Source of the DNA: Xanthobacteraceae bacterium
GTDB taxonomy: Bacteria > Pseudomonadota > Alphaproteobacteria > Rhizobiales > Xanthobacteraceae
Direction of reading: 5' to 3'
NCBI GenBank assembly: GCA_035699705.1
Contig: DASSPI010000089.1
Span: 130-64,129, forward strand
Length of the DNA: 64,000 bases
Shown here: piece by piece, positions 9,857 to 19,670 of the stretch
Numbering within the stretch: position 1 is the first letter of the stretch
Layout of the letters: each line of letters opens with the position of its first letter
Made by a program: the position numbers and the translations under genes
Notes under the pieces: model-generated
What the model was told of the DNA's origin: nothing
The model's input: the letters and a program-made list of their open reading frames with translations, nothing else
The model's database searches: none

Positions 9857-10411
9857 ATGCAGCTCCGCAATTCGCCAGAGCGTTACGGCGCGATCCCGAA
9901 GATCCTGCATTGGGCGGTAGTGGCGTTTGTCCTTGTTTCATGGACTTTGGGAACTTTCGACGACGCGCTCCCCCGCGGCTCTGCGCGGGATAGTGGCTTG
10001 TATGTCCACATGTATGCGGGACTTGCCGTCATCATTCTGGTGACGCTGCGGCTGCTCTGGCGGATCGGCGATCCTCCGCCCTTGCCCGAGAGGACGGTCC
10101 TGGGCGCGTGGTTGGGCCACGCGGCTCTTTGGGCTCATTACGCTATGTATGCCTTGCTCATTGCCGCGCCCGTTGCGGGCATCCTGCTCCGTTTCGCCGG
10201 CGGCGAAGCATTGCCGGTGTTTGGTCTGTTCGACATCGCGTCACCGTGGTCCGCCGACCGTGCGTTCAAGCACACGCTGGAGGAAGTGCACGAGTTCCTC
10301 GCGAATGCACTGGTGATCCTTGCCGGCCTGCATGCGGCGGCTGCAGTTTTTCATCACTGGGTGCTGCGGGACGGCACGCTTCGCCGGATGCTCCCCGGTC
10401 CGACCCGGTAG
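9857..10411 (+). CDS. Cytochrome b561 (CybB family)
   Basis: 184 aa from internal ATG MQLRNSPERYGAIPKILHWAVVAFVL... Four TM helices with His ligands (HW.., HM.., H..). Confidence 0.8.
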   Translation: MQLRNSPERYGAIPKILHWAVVAFVLVSWTLGTFDDALPRGSARDSGLYVHMYAGLAVIILVTLRLLWRIGDPPPLPERTVLGAWLGHAALWAHYAMYALLIAAPVAGILLRFAGGEALPVFGLFDIASPWSADRAFKHTLEEVHEFLANALVILAGLHAAAAVFHHWVLRDGTLRRMLPGPTR

Positions 10412-10413
10412 TC

Positions 10414-11091
10414 TCACTTCGAGATCGCGCTGGCGGCGATATTGATCATGATCGCGAGCAAGGCCACGTTGAACAGGAAAGCCACGACGGCATGCGCGGT
10501 GACCGTGCGGCGGATCTTGCGCGAGACAATAGCCACGTCGGAGACCTGGAAGGTCATGCCGACGACGAAAGAGAAATAAACGAAGTCCAGATAATCCGGC
10601 TTGGTGTCGCCGGGAAATTTCAGGCCGCTGGCCGGCGGGGACTCGGTATAGAACTCGTACGCGTAATGCAGCGCGAAAATCGAGTGGATGAAGCCCCATG
10701 ACAGCAGGATCGTTGCGATCGCGAAAGCGAGCTGCGGCGGCGCGTTCTTGCCGTCGCCCAGCCCGAGCAGCACGACGATGGCGGCAAGGCTCGCGAGCGT
10801 GGCGGCAACCGTCAGGGCGAGGATCGCCACGCGGCCTTCGTCTTCTTGCGCCGCGTGTCTGCGGATATGGCTCACCTCCGAGCGGGCGATCATCCAGTAA
10901 ACGATGCAGAGATAAAGCACGACGCCGGCATTCCAGCCGATAAGCGCGCGCGTGATCGGCCGCCACTCCGCCGGCAGAAGCAGGGCCACCGCCACGGCAA
11001 GCGCGACCGAAATGATCAGCTTGGGCCGCGCATAAAGGATGCGGAAAGTCTTCGGCAGGCGACGTTGGATTTGCTGCTTGCGTGCTGGCAT
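10414..11091 (-). CDS. DUF1345-family integral membrane protein
   Basis: 225 aa. WGFIHSIFALHYAYEFY and DYLDFVYFSFVVGMTFQVSDV are DUF1345 hallmarks. Confidence 0.7.
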   Translation of the reverse strand: MPARKQQIQRRLPKTFRILYARPKLIISVALAVAVALLLPAEWRPITRALIGWNAGVVLYLCIVYWMIARSEVSHIRRHAAQEDEGRVAILALTVAATLASLAAIVVLLGLGDGKNAPPQLAFAIATILLSWGFIHSIFALHYAYEFYTESPPASGLKFPGDTKPDYLDFVYFSFVVGMTFQVSDVAIVSRKIRRTVTAHAVVAFLFNVALLAIMINIAASAISK

Positions 11092-11103
11092 GCGGCCCCC
11101 GCT

Positions 11104-12066
11104 CTAAGCGCGTCGCTCGGCGACGAAACGCGCCGCTGCCCGCAACATCTTGGCCTCTTCACCGAATTGACCGAGTGCGGCCTCTGCTTCGGCCACCAGC
11201 GCCGCCAGCCGGGCGCGCGCCCCGTCGACGCCGAGGATGGCGATGAAGGTGGCCTTGCCGGCGGCCGCGTCTTTCCTGGTTTTCTTGCCCATGGTTTCCG
11301 GATCGCCTTCGAGATCGAGCAGGTCGTCTGCGATCTGGAAGGCCTGCCCGAGCGCAAAGCCATACGAATCGAGCGCCCCGCGCGCGGCCTGCGAGGCCTG
11401 GCCGAGAATGGCGCCCATGCCGCAAGCCGCCCGGATCAGCGCGCCGGTCTTCATCGCTTCCAGCATCATCACGGAGTCTTCCGCGGTCGCGCCCGGCTGC
11501 ACTTTGCCGAAGCGCCCTTCGGCGGCGAGGTCGAGCAGTTGTCCGCCCGCCATGCCGCCGATCCCGGCGGCGCGCGCCAGCTCCGCCACCAGCGCCACGC
11601 GCACGCCGGCGTCGGGATGGGTCTGCTCGCGTGCCAGCAGATCGAAGGCAAAGGTGAGCAGCGCATCGCCTGCGAGAATGGCGGTGGCTTCGTCGAAGGC
11701 CTTATGCACCGTCGGCCTTCCGCGCCGGAGCGCATCATTGTCCATCGCCGGCAGATCGTCGTGGATCAGCGAATAGGCGTGCACGCATTCCAGCGCTGCC
11801 GCCGTCATCGCCGCGTGTTGAGGTTTTGCGTTCAACAGCCGCGCCGTCTCCATCACGAAGAATGGCCGGATGCGCTTGCCTCCTGAAAGCACCGCATAGC
11901 GCATGGCTTTCAGCAGGCGTGCCGGCCGCGCGATTTCCCGTTCTTCCAGGTCGCCGCCCAAAAGCTTCTCCAGCAGGTCTTCAATCTCATGCGCGACGCT
12001 GGCAAGACGAGCCTTGAAGGCGCGCTTGTCGCTGCGTATTGCGGGGGCGGAAGCGGAAGCGGGCAT
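11104..12066 (-). CDS. ispA: Polyprenyl (farnesyl/geranylgeranyl) diphosphate synthase
   Basis: 320 aa. First DDxxD motif in LIHDDLPAMDNDALRRGRPTVH and second in FQIADDLLD. Confidence 0.9.
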   Translation of the reverse strand: MPASASAPAIRSDKRAFKARLASVAHEIEDLLEKLLGGDLEEREIARPARLLKAMRYAVLSGGKRIRPFFVMETARLLNAKPQHAAMTAAALECVHAYSLIHDDLPAMDNDALRRGRPTVHKAFDEATAILAGDALLTFAFDLLAREQTHPDAGVRVALVAELARAAGIGGMAGGQLLDLAAEGRFGKVQPGATAEDSVMMLEAMKTGALIRAACGMGAILGQASQAARGALDSYGFALGQAFQIADDLLDLEGDPETMGKKTRKDAAAGKATFIAILGVDGARARLAALVAEAEAALGQFGEEAKMLRAAARFVAERRA

Positions 12067-12148
12067 CGGCCGGATTCCAAAGAGGCAGCGTCGGCGTCAT
12101 GGCGCCGCAGCCTTCATCTGTTAGCGCAAAATCGGATAGTTTTGAAAC

Positions 12149-12856
12149 ATGGGACTGGGAAAAGCGCTCAGGAGCTCGCGCCCGCTGCGCGCGGCGATTG
12201 TCGTTGCCGGAGTATTCATCCTGCTGCCCTATGCGCTTGTGCCGCTCTACCGCTTCGTCAATCCGGTCTCCACGCCCATGGTCTGGCGCTGGGTGACCGG
12301 CCAGCGGGTTGAGCGGACATTCGTGCCGCTGGCGCAGATCGCGCCGACCCTGCCGCTCACCGTCATCCTGGCTGAGGATGGCCGCTATTGCAGCCACCAT
12401 GGCGTCGATTTTCAGGAACTGCGCGGCATCGTCGAGGATGCCGAGGATTTCGACGACCTGCGCGGCGGCTCGACCATCACGCAACAGGCCGTCAAGAACC
12501 TGTTTCTCTGGCCGGGCCGCAGCGTGGTGCGAAAAATCCTGGAACTGCCGCTGGCGCTCTGGGTGGATCTGGTGCTGCCCAAGCCGCGGATCATGGAAAT
12601 CTATCTCAATATCGCCGAATGGGGACCCAACGGGCAGTTCGGGGCCGACGCGGGCTCGCGTTTTGCCTTCGGCAAGTCGGCGCGGCAGCTCGGTCCGGGC
12701 GAAGCCGCCCTGCTGGCGGCGATCCTGCCCAATCCGAAGCTCCGCAGTGCCCGCCAGCCGCGGCTTGATGTGCAGCGCCTGGCTGGCGTTTACCGGGCGC
12801 GCGCCGCGCGCTCGGCCTGGGCAGCCGATTGCATCCGGGCCCGGCGAACCCGATAG
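12149..12856 (+). CDS. mtgA: Monofunctional biosynthetic peptidoglycan transglycosylase
   Basis: 235 aa. GT51 motifs AEDGRYCSHHGVD, GGSTITQQAVKNLFLW and RIMEIYLNIAEWG. Confidence 0.92.
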   Translation: MGLGKALRSSRPLRAAIVVAGVFILLPYALVPLYRFVNPVSTPMVWRWVTGQRVERTFVPLAQIAPTLPLTVILAEDGRYCSHHGVDFQELRGIVEDAEDFDDLRGGSTITQQAVKNLFLWPGRSVVRKILELPLALWVDLVLPKPRIMEIYLNIAEWGPNGQFGADAGSRFAFGKSARQLGPGEAALLAAILPNPKLRSARQPRLDVQRLAGVYRARAARSAWAADCIRARRTR

Positions 12857-12878
12857 TGCCGCCGGTTTGAAGTTCCTA
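12854..12878 (+). repeat. 25-nt motif TAGTGCCGCCGGTTTGAAGTTCCTA (copy of the 17705..17729 element)
   Basis: 23/25 identical to the reverse complement of 17705..17729. Begins at the mtgA stop codon, 130 nt upstream of rpmF. Confidence 0.7.
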
Positions 12879-13008
12879 CACCACCCGCGGCAAGCTCAGC
12901 CGGGCACTAGTTTTCGCGCCTGTCTTCCTCTATAAGCCCCCCACATCCGACCCACCAGAAGGACCTTTCCGCGCTTCGCGCCGGCGTCCGTTTGAGGAGA
13001 TTGAGCAA

Positions 13009-13197
13009 GTGGCCGTTCCAAAAAGAAAAACCTCGCCCTCCCGCCGCGGGATGCGCCGTTCCGCCGATGCGCTCAAGAGGCCGGCTTATGTCGAGGACAA
13101 GGATTCCGGCGAGCTGCGCCGGCCGCACCATATCGACCTGAAGACCGGCAAATATAAGGGCCGCCAGGTTCTGAAGCCGAAGAAGGCCGAGGTCTGA
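13009..13197 (+). CDS. rpmF: 50S ribosomal protein L32
   Basis: GTG start; [23 protein letters not shown] is the L32 signature; 62 aa. Confidence 0.95.
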   Translation: MAVPKRKTSPSRRGMRRSADALKRPAYVEDKDSGELRRPHHIDLKTGKYKGRQVLKPKKAEV

Positions 13198-13247
13198 TCC
13201 GGCTTTTCGCACATCGGGCTACGCGTCAGCGCGAGGAAAGGGCGTCC

Positions 13248-13664
13248 ATGTTTCTCGTTGGCTTTCCCCTCCTGCTGATCCCCTTCGTGCTCTACAATAT
13301 CTTCGCCTTCATCTTCGGCGTGACCAACTGGACGCAGCCGTTCACCTCCGTCCGTATCATTTCGGGCGGTGAGTGGGGCATATCGCCTGGCGATCTGCTG
13401 ATCGCGTTCTCGATCCTGTTGCTGTTTGTCGAAATCCTCAAATCGACGCGGATCGGGACCCGGGGCCTCGTCGACCATATGCTGTCGATGCTGCTGTTCA
13501 TCGCCATGATCGTCGAGTTTCTGCTCGTCGAGCGGGCGGCCACATCCACCTTTTTCCTGCTGCTGGTCACCGCCTTCGTCGATGTGCTTGGCGGTTTCAC
13601 CGTCAGCGTCCGCACCGCGCAGCGCGACATCGGGATCGAAAACGGCGACCGGATCGTCTCCTGA
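13248..13664 (+). CDS. Conserved small integral membrane protein (function unknown)
   Basis: 138 aa, 4 hydrophobic helices, high GC3; no family name recalled. Confidence 0.6.
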   Translation: MFLVGFPLLLIPFVLYNIFAFIFGVTNWTQPFTSVRIISGGEWGISPGDLLIAFSILLLFVEILKSTRIGTRGLVDHMLSMLLFIAMIVEFLLVERAATSTFFLLLVTAFVDVLGGFTVSVRTAQRDIGIENGDRIVS

Positions 13665-13693
13665 CGCCCGGCTTCTCTCGGAATCGGCTCGAT

Positions 13694-13972
13694 CTAGCGC
13701 AGCGTCGCGGTGGCCGCATAAGCCTGCGCCGCCGCATCCGGCGCGGCGCGGCGCCGTTCCCGCGTCTGCGGCTCGCCGCGCTCGGTGGCGATCAGATGCG
13801 CCAGGAAGGGCGCTGCCGGCCGGCGTGCGCAAGGGCAGGGGTTTTCGCTCGGATCGGCTTGCGGAACGGGGACGAGCGCACGCTGCTCAGCGGGCGGCAC
13901 CTCGTTCTCCGCAGAACGGGACATGGCGGAGGATCGACGGTCGGCCGGTGCTCCAATTCCGTTCACAGCCAT
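13694..13972 (-). CDS. Hypothetical protein (92 aa)
   Basis: Internal ATG of track ORF 13694..14107. High GC3. Arg/Ala/Pro-rich with the ..APFLAHLIATERGEPQTRERRRAAPD.. segment. Downstream of phaR on the same strand. No recognised family. Confidence 0.35.
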   Translation of the reverse strand: MAVNGIGAPADRRSSAMSRSAENEVPPAEQRALVPVPQADPSENPCPCARRPAAPFLAHLIATERGEPQTRERRRAAPDAAAQAYAATATLR

Positions 13973-14152
13973 GGCGCGTTCCTGTCTCGTTTCGGGACGC
14001 CGAGGTCCCTTTGATCGAGAAACCGCAAGTGCCGTGCCAGACGGCACCCATGCCAATGTGCTGTGCAGAGAGACTGTTCCGGGCCGCCCGCTGGGCGGCC
14101 GCGCCATGGTTAGGCGGGCCTTAACGGCGGAGGGTTGCGACCCGGACTTGAC

Positions 14153-14734
14153 CTACTTTTCGCCCTTGTCGCCCAGGCGGTCGAGCCGCTTTTGCATCTC
14201 GTCGAGCTGACGCTTGAGATCCTCGATCTCGCTGCCGCCGCGCGGCGGGGGATTCTCGCCGCCCTCGGAATTATTTTCCTTGCGGGCGAAAGGCGCGAAC
14301 ATCGTGAAGGCGCGCTCGAACATCTCCATGTTCCGGCGCACCTGGTCTTCCAGCGTGCCCAAGCCGGTGGCGCCGAAGGCCTGCGCCACCTGTTCGCGCA
14401 TCTTTTCCTGCTCGCGGGTGAGCGAGCTCATGGAGATTTCCAGAAAGCGCGGCACCAGCGTCTGCATGCTGTCGCCGTAGAAACGGATCAGCTGCCGCAG
14501 GAAGGCGATCGGCAACAGACTCTGCCCTTCCTTGTTCTCCTGTTCGAAGATGATCTGCGCCAGCACGGAACGGGTGATGTCCTCGCCGGTTTTGGCATCA
14601 TAGACCACAAAATCCTCGCCTTTTTTGACCATCACGGCGAGGTCTTCAAGCGTGACATAGGTGCTGGTGCCGGTGTTATAGAGCCGGCGATTGGCGTATT
14701 TCTTGATGGTGATCGGTTCTTCGGGTTTTGCCAT
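14153..14734 (-). CDS. phaR: Polyhydroxyalkanoate synthesis repressor PhaR
   Basis: 193 aa. IKKYANRRLYNTGTSTYVTLEDLAVMVKKGEDFVVYDAKTGEDITRSVLAQIIFEQE is the canonical PhaR N-terminus. Divergent from phaA. Confidence 0.95.
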   Translation of the reverse strand: MAKPEEPITIKKYANRRLYNTGTSTYVTLEDLAVMVKKGEDFVVYDAKTGEDITRSVLAQIIFEQENKEGQSLLPIAFLRQLIRFYGDSMQTLVPRFLEISMSSLTREQEKMREQVAQAFGATGLGTLEDQVRRNMEMFERAFTMFAPFARKENNSEGGENPPPRGGSEIEDLKRQLDEMQKRLDRLGDKGEK

Positions 14735-14882
14735 GCGTCGGTTCCGGCCTCGCTAGGGCAGGCAGGATAACCTCTTTCCTTCGGAGCGGGCCACCGTTTT
14801 GTCACGATAGGGCCGGATCAGGTCGGCTAAGATGTTACAGAACCGGGGAAGGGCACTGCTTTTGCATAGCCCGTCCCGATAA

Positions 14883-16070
<1,188 letters not shown>

Positions 16071-16077
16071 CTCGTCT

Positions 16078-16110
16078 TCCCCTCTCTCCGTAAGGACGGG
16101 GAGAGGGAGA
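16078..16110. repeat. REP-like hairpin of the CTCTCC...GGAGAGGG family
   Basis: ttcccctctctccgtaaggacggggagagggaga in the phaA-phaB spacer. Related sequences at 25499..25628 and 30188..30225. Confidence 0.55.
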
Positions 16111-16132
16111 GCGAGCAGGGAGGGTATAAGTC

Positions 16133-16858
16133 ATGGCACGCGTTGCGGTGGTTACCGGCGGCACGCGCGGGATCGGGGCGGCGACAGCGAAGGCGCTGAA
16201 AGCGGCCGGCTACAAAGTGGCTGCGAACTACGGCGGCAACGAGGAAGCCGCCAGCAAGTTCAAGGCCGAGACCGGCATCGCGGTTTACAGATGGGACGTC
16301 TCATCCCATGACGCCTGCGCCGCCGGCTTGAAAAAGGTCGAGGCCGAGCTCGGCCCGGTGGACGTGCTGGTCAACAATGCCGGCATCACCCGCGACGGCA
16401 TGTTCCACAAAATGGACGTCGAGCAGTGGCGCGCCGTGATCGACACCAATCTCAATTCGCTCTTCAACATGTGCCGCCCGGTGATCGAGGGCATGCGCGA
16501 GCGCAAATTCGGCCGCATCATCAACATCTCCTCGATCAACGGGCAGAAGGGGCAGATGGGGCAGGCGAATTATTCCGCCGCCAAGGCAGGCGAGATCGGC
16601 TTCACCAAGGCGCTGGCGCAGGAGAATGCGCGCGTCAATGTCACCGTGAACGCGATCTGTCCCGGTTACATCGGCACCGAGATGGTGCAGGCCATGCCGC
16701 AGGACGTATTGGAAAAGCGCATCATTCCGTACATCCCGGCCGGGCGGCTCGGCACGCCGGAAGAAATCGCGCGCTGCGTGGTCTTTCTCGCCGCCGACGA
16801 GTCCGGCTTTATCACCGGCTCGACCCTCACCGCCAATGGCGGGCAGTACATGGTGTGA
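16133..16858 (+). CDS. phaB: Acetoacetyl-CoA reductase (SDR)
   Basis: 241 aa. VVTGGTRGIGAA cofactor motif and a YSAAKAG catalytic tetrad segment. Follows phaA. Confidence 0.95.
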   Translation: MARVAVVTGGTRGIGAATAKALKAAGYKVAANYGGNEEAASKFKAETGIAVYRWDVSSHDACAAGLKKVEAELGPVDVLVNNAGITRDGMFHKMDVEQWRAVIDTNLNSLFNMCRPVIEGMRERKFGRIINISSINGQKGQMGQANYSAAKAGEIGFTKALAQENARVNVTVNAICPGYIGTEMVQAMPQDVLEKRIIPYIPAGRLGTPEEIARCVVFLAADESGFITGSTLTANGGQYMV

Positions 16859-16871
16859 ACGACGGCTCGTT

Positions 16872-17651
16872 CTAAGACCTGTTCTTCCGCGCGCGGATTT
16901 CCGCGAACACCTGCGCCGGCGGCTCCCCGCTCAGTCCCACGGCGGCGGCGACTTCCGGCCTGTCCGCGCGCAGGAAGGGGTTGGCCTCGCGTTCCTCTGC
17001 CACGGTCGTGGGGAGCGTCGGCTTTTTCCCGGCGGCCAGCTTGTCCACCGCGGCCGCACGCGCGAGCAGCGCCTTGTTGTCGGGTTCGATCGTCAGTGCG
17101 AAACGGATATTCGCCTGCGTATATTCGTGCCCGCAGAAAATCCGCGTGTCACCCGGCAGGTCGCGCAGCTTGGCGAGCGAGCGCCACATCATCTCCGGAT
17201 TGCCTTCGATCACCCGGCCGCAGCCGATGGAGAACAGCGTGTCGCCGACGAAGGCGAGCTTGTCGGCATCGAACCAGTAGGCGATGTGCCCGAGCGTATG
17301 GCCCGGCGTTTCCAGCACACGCGCCGTGAGATTGCCCACCTTGACCGTGTCGCCTTCGCCCACGGTCTCATCCACCTGCGGGATTTTCGCGGCTTCCCCG
17401 CGCGGCGCGACCACCCGGCACCCGTATTGTTGCTTGAGCGCGGCGATCCCGCCGGTGTGATCGCCGTGATGGTGGGTGACAAGAATATCGGTGAGCTTCC
17501 AGCCGTTGCCTTTCAGCGCCGCTTCCACCGGGGCGGCTTCCGGCGCGTCGATCGCGGCCGTCGCTCCGCTCGCTGGATCATGCACAAGCACGCCGTAGTT
17601 ATCTTGCAGGCAAAGAAACAGACGGACCTGGGCAGGAACCTGGGCGGCCAT
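16872..17651 (-). CDS. gloB: Hydroxyacylglutathione hydrolase (glyoxalase II)
   Basis: 259 aa. Metallo-beta-lactamase motif THHHGDHTGG; CLQDNYGVLVHD N-terminus; GHEYT. Confidence 0.93.
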   Translation of the reverse strand: MAAQVPAQVRLFLCLQDNYGVLVHDPASGATAAIDAPEAAPVEAALKGNGWKLTDILVTHHHGDHTGGIAALKQQYGCRVVAPRGEAAKIPQVDETVGEGDTVKVGNLTARVLETPGHTLGHIAYWFDADKLAFVGDTLFSIGCGRVIEGNPEMMWRSLAKLRDLPGDTRIFCGHEYTQANIRFALTIEPDNKALLARAAAVDKLAAGKKPTLPTTVAEEREANPFLRADRPEVAAAVGLSGEPPAQVFAEIRARKNRS

Positions 17652-17672
17652 GGCGGTTAAATCCTTTCACTG

Positions 17673-17729
17673 TTGAAGTTCCTAACGGAGTGTGGCGGGT
17701 GCTATAGGAACTTCAAATCGTCGGCACTA
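17673..17729. promoter_or_regulatory. 12-bp perfect inverted repeat TTGAAGTTCCTA-N20-TAGGAACTTCAA (candidate operator or RNA hairpin) in the gloB/methyltransferase divergent region
   Basis: Arms at 17673-17684 and 17705-17716. The right arm extends to a 25-nt unit (17705-17729) repeated at 12854-12878. Confidence 0.5.
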
Positions 17730-17739
17730 ATATAGCGCC

Positions 17740-18486
17740 ATGTCCATAGACGTCGTCGACCTGCGAAACTTCTACGCTCATCAACTTGGCGTGGTCGCGC
17801 GCCGCTTTGTCGGCCGCAGCATTCGCGGGCGCTGGACCGACGCGCGCGCCTTGCGCGTGCTCGGCGTCGGTTATCCGACCCCCTATCTTGGGCTGTTTCG
17901 CGAGGAGGCGGAACGCTGCCTCGCCTTCATGCCCGGCACCCAGGGCGTGGTGAAATGGCCCTCGGCGCGGCCCGCGCTGACGGCGCTGGTGGACGAAAGC
18001 GAGATGCCGCTGCCCGATGGCGCCGTCGATCTCGTGTTGCTGGTGCATGCGCTGGAGATGTCGCAGGATCCCACGCAGCTGCTGCGGGAGGTCTGGCGCG
18101 TGTTGTCGGCGGGCGGAAAATTGTTGGCGGTCGTGCCGAACCGGCGCGGGCTTTGGGCGCGCATGGACACCACGCCTTTCGGCCACGGCCGGCCCTATTC
18201 GCGCGCGCAGATCGTTTATCTGCTGCGGGAAACCTGGTTCACCCCGGTGGGCTGGGACGAGGCGCTTTACGTGCCGCCGATCGGGCGCAAATGGTTCTTG
18301 CGCTCGGCGCTCGCATGGGAACGCGTCGGCTCAAGAATCTCCGCGCCCTTTGCCGGCGTGCATATCGTGGAGGCGACCAAGCAGGTCTATCGCGCGCTTC
18401 CGGCACGCAAAGAAAAGCACCGGCTGGTGCCGGCGCTGGAGCCTGCGCTCGCGCCCGCGCCGGGCGGAGCCGCGGGCGCGGTCTGA
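17740..18486 (+). CDS. Class I SAM-dependent methyltransferase
   Basis: 248 aa. Methyltransferase type-11-like core (LPDGAVDLVLLVHALEMSQDPTQLLREVWRVLSAGGKLLAVVPN). Conserved partner of gloB in alphaproteobacteria. Confidence 0.75.
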   Translation: MSIDVVDLRNFYAHQLGVVARRFVGRSIRGRWTDARALRVLGVGYPTPYLGLFREEAERCLAFMPGTQGVVKWPSARPALTALVDESEMPLPDGAVDLVLLVHALEMSQDPTQLLREVWRVLSAGGKLLAVVPNRRGLWARMDTTPFGHGRPYSRAQIVYLLRETWFTPVGWDEALYVPPIGRKWFLRSALAWERVGSRISAPFAGVHIVEATKQVYRALPARKEKHRLVPALEPALAPAPGGAAGAV

Positions 18487-18510
18487 TCAAGGGTCCGCTT
18501 AGTCCGGCAA

Positions 18511-19257
18511 TCAGTCGTTGGTGGGGCGCGGCGTCGGCTGGTTGCCGTCGTTGCCGGTCTGCGATCCGCCCGCCACGTCGCTGCGCGGCCCACGGTGGCG
18601 CCGGCGCCGGCGATGCAGCGGATAGCGGTCGGCCTGCCCCTCGTGACCGTTCTGGCCATGGCTGCCGCCCTGCTGTGCCTGCGGGGCGCCGCCGGTGATG
18701 AAGGGCGGCAAGCCGCCTACATCGCCCTGGCCGTCACCGCCGCCTTGCTGCTGCGGCCGCGGCTGCTCGCGCGGCGGATAAGGCTGTTGCTCGCGAGTGT
18801 AATGCGGCTGCTGCTCGCGATTGTGATGGTGCTGTTGCTCGCGCGGTTGGAATTGATTGTCGCGCGGCGGATAGGGCGCCTGCGGCTCGCGATTGCCATA
18901 GCCCGGCTCGCCTTGCCCCTGGAAATCATCGTCGTCGCCGTCGAAGCTCTCCTCGCGCGGCTCGCCCTCAGCGCGATGGAAAGGCGGCTGCTGGGTTTGG
19001 CGGAACTGTTCCTGCGCCGCGGCGATCATGCGGAAATAGTGCTCGGCATGCTGGTAATAATTCTCGGCGGCCACCGGGTCGCCGGAAGCCTGTGAATCGC
19101 GCGCGAGCTGGATGTATTTCTCCGCTACATGCGAGGCCGTCCCGCGGATTTTCACGTCCGGCCCGTTCGATTCGTAGACCCGGGTGAGCGGGTTCGAGCT
19201 CTTGCCGCGGTTATTGTTGCTGCGTCCACGCATGCGTTTGTTCTGACCGTTTCTCAT
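18511..19257 (-). CDS. DUF4167 domain-containing protein
   Basis: Internal ATG. MRNGQNKRMRGRSNNNRGKSSNPLTRVYESNGPDVKIRGTASHVAEKYIQLARDSQASGDPVAAENYYQHAEHY is the DUF4167 signature. Q/P/R-rich low-complexity C-terminus. Confidence 0.8.
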   Translation of the reverse strand: MRNGQNKRMRGRSNNNRGKSSNPLTRVYESNGPDVKIRGTASHVAEKYIQLARDSQASGDPVAAENYYQHAEHYFRMIAAAQEQFRQTQQPPFHRAEGEPREESFDGDDDDFQGQGEPGYGNREPQAPYPPRDNQFQPREQQHHHNREQQPHYTREQQPYPPREQPRPQQQGGGDGQGDVGGLPPFITGGAPQAQQGGSHGQNGHEGQADRYPLHRRRRRHRGPRSDVAGGSQTGNDGNQPTPRPTND

Positions 19258-19670
19258 GATCTGCCTTTTTCGCCACTCCGATTGCGGACGCTCTCGTCCT
19301 GAAGACCAGCTTTGAGCCTGCTTGAGACTCGAAAGCACACACCTCCCCACCGGCCTTGCCCAAGGAGCATCGGCCGAGGACTTCCTGAAACTGGGCGATC
19401 CGTCTTTGCGATAGCCGCAACAACCCCTGCGCCGCGATCTTCAGCGGCAATGGTAACCCCTCATCCGCGCGTCATTGACCGACGTCATGCCGATCCGCGC
19501 CTAACCCGATGAAGCGTCTGACCCGAATGCGCTGCCGTATCACCGGCTATCTTCGTTCGCCTTTCGCACCGCTCGCCTCAGAAGCCTCGCTTCGGGCGTT
19601 AACGCGCTGCGACCGTCTCGGGTCGATGTCGTGGAAAGAAGCTAGTCGCTCTGAGGGAATAATCCAAGTG

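Noticed and set aside
17673-17716. Resemblance of the arms (GAAGTTCCTA / TAGGAACTTC) to yeast FLP FRT sites, suggesting an engineered scar
   Set aside because: The spacer is 20 nt of unrelated GC-rich sequence, not the 8-bp FRT core (TCTAGAAA). There are no flanking priming-site remnants, and a third native copy exists at 12854..12878. I therefore treat it as a native motif.
17722-17735. Sigma-54-like GGCAC-N8-GC spacing (cGGCACtaatatAGC)
   Set aside because: The -12 element is TAGC rather than TTGC, and the predicted transcription start would fall at or after the methyltransferase ATG (17740). The related copy at 12854 lacks the GC element.
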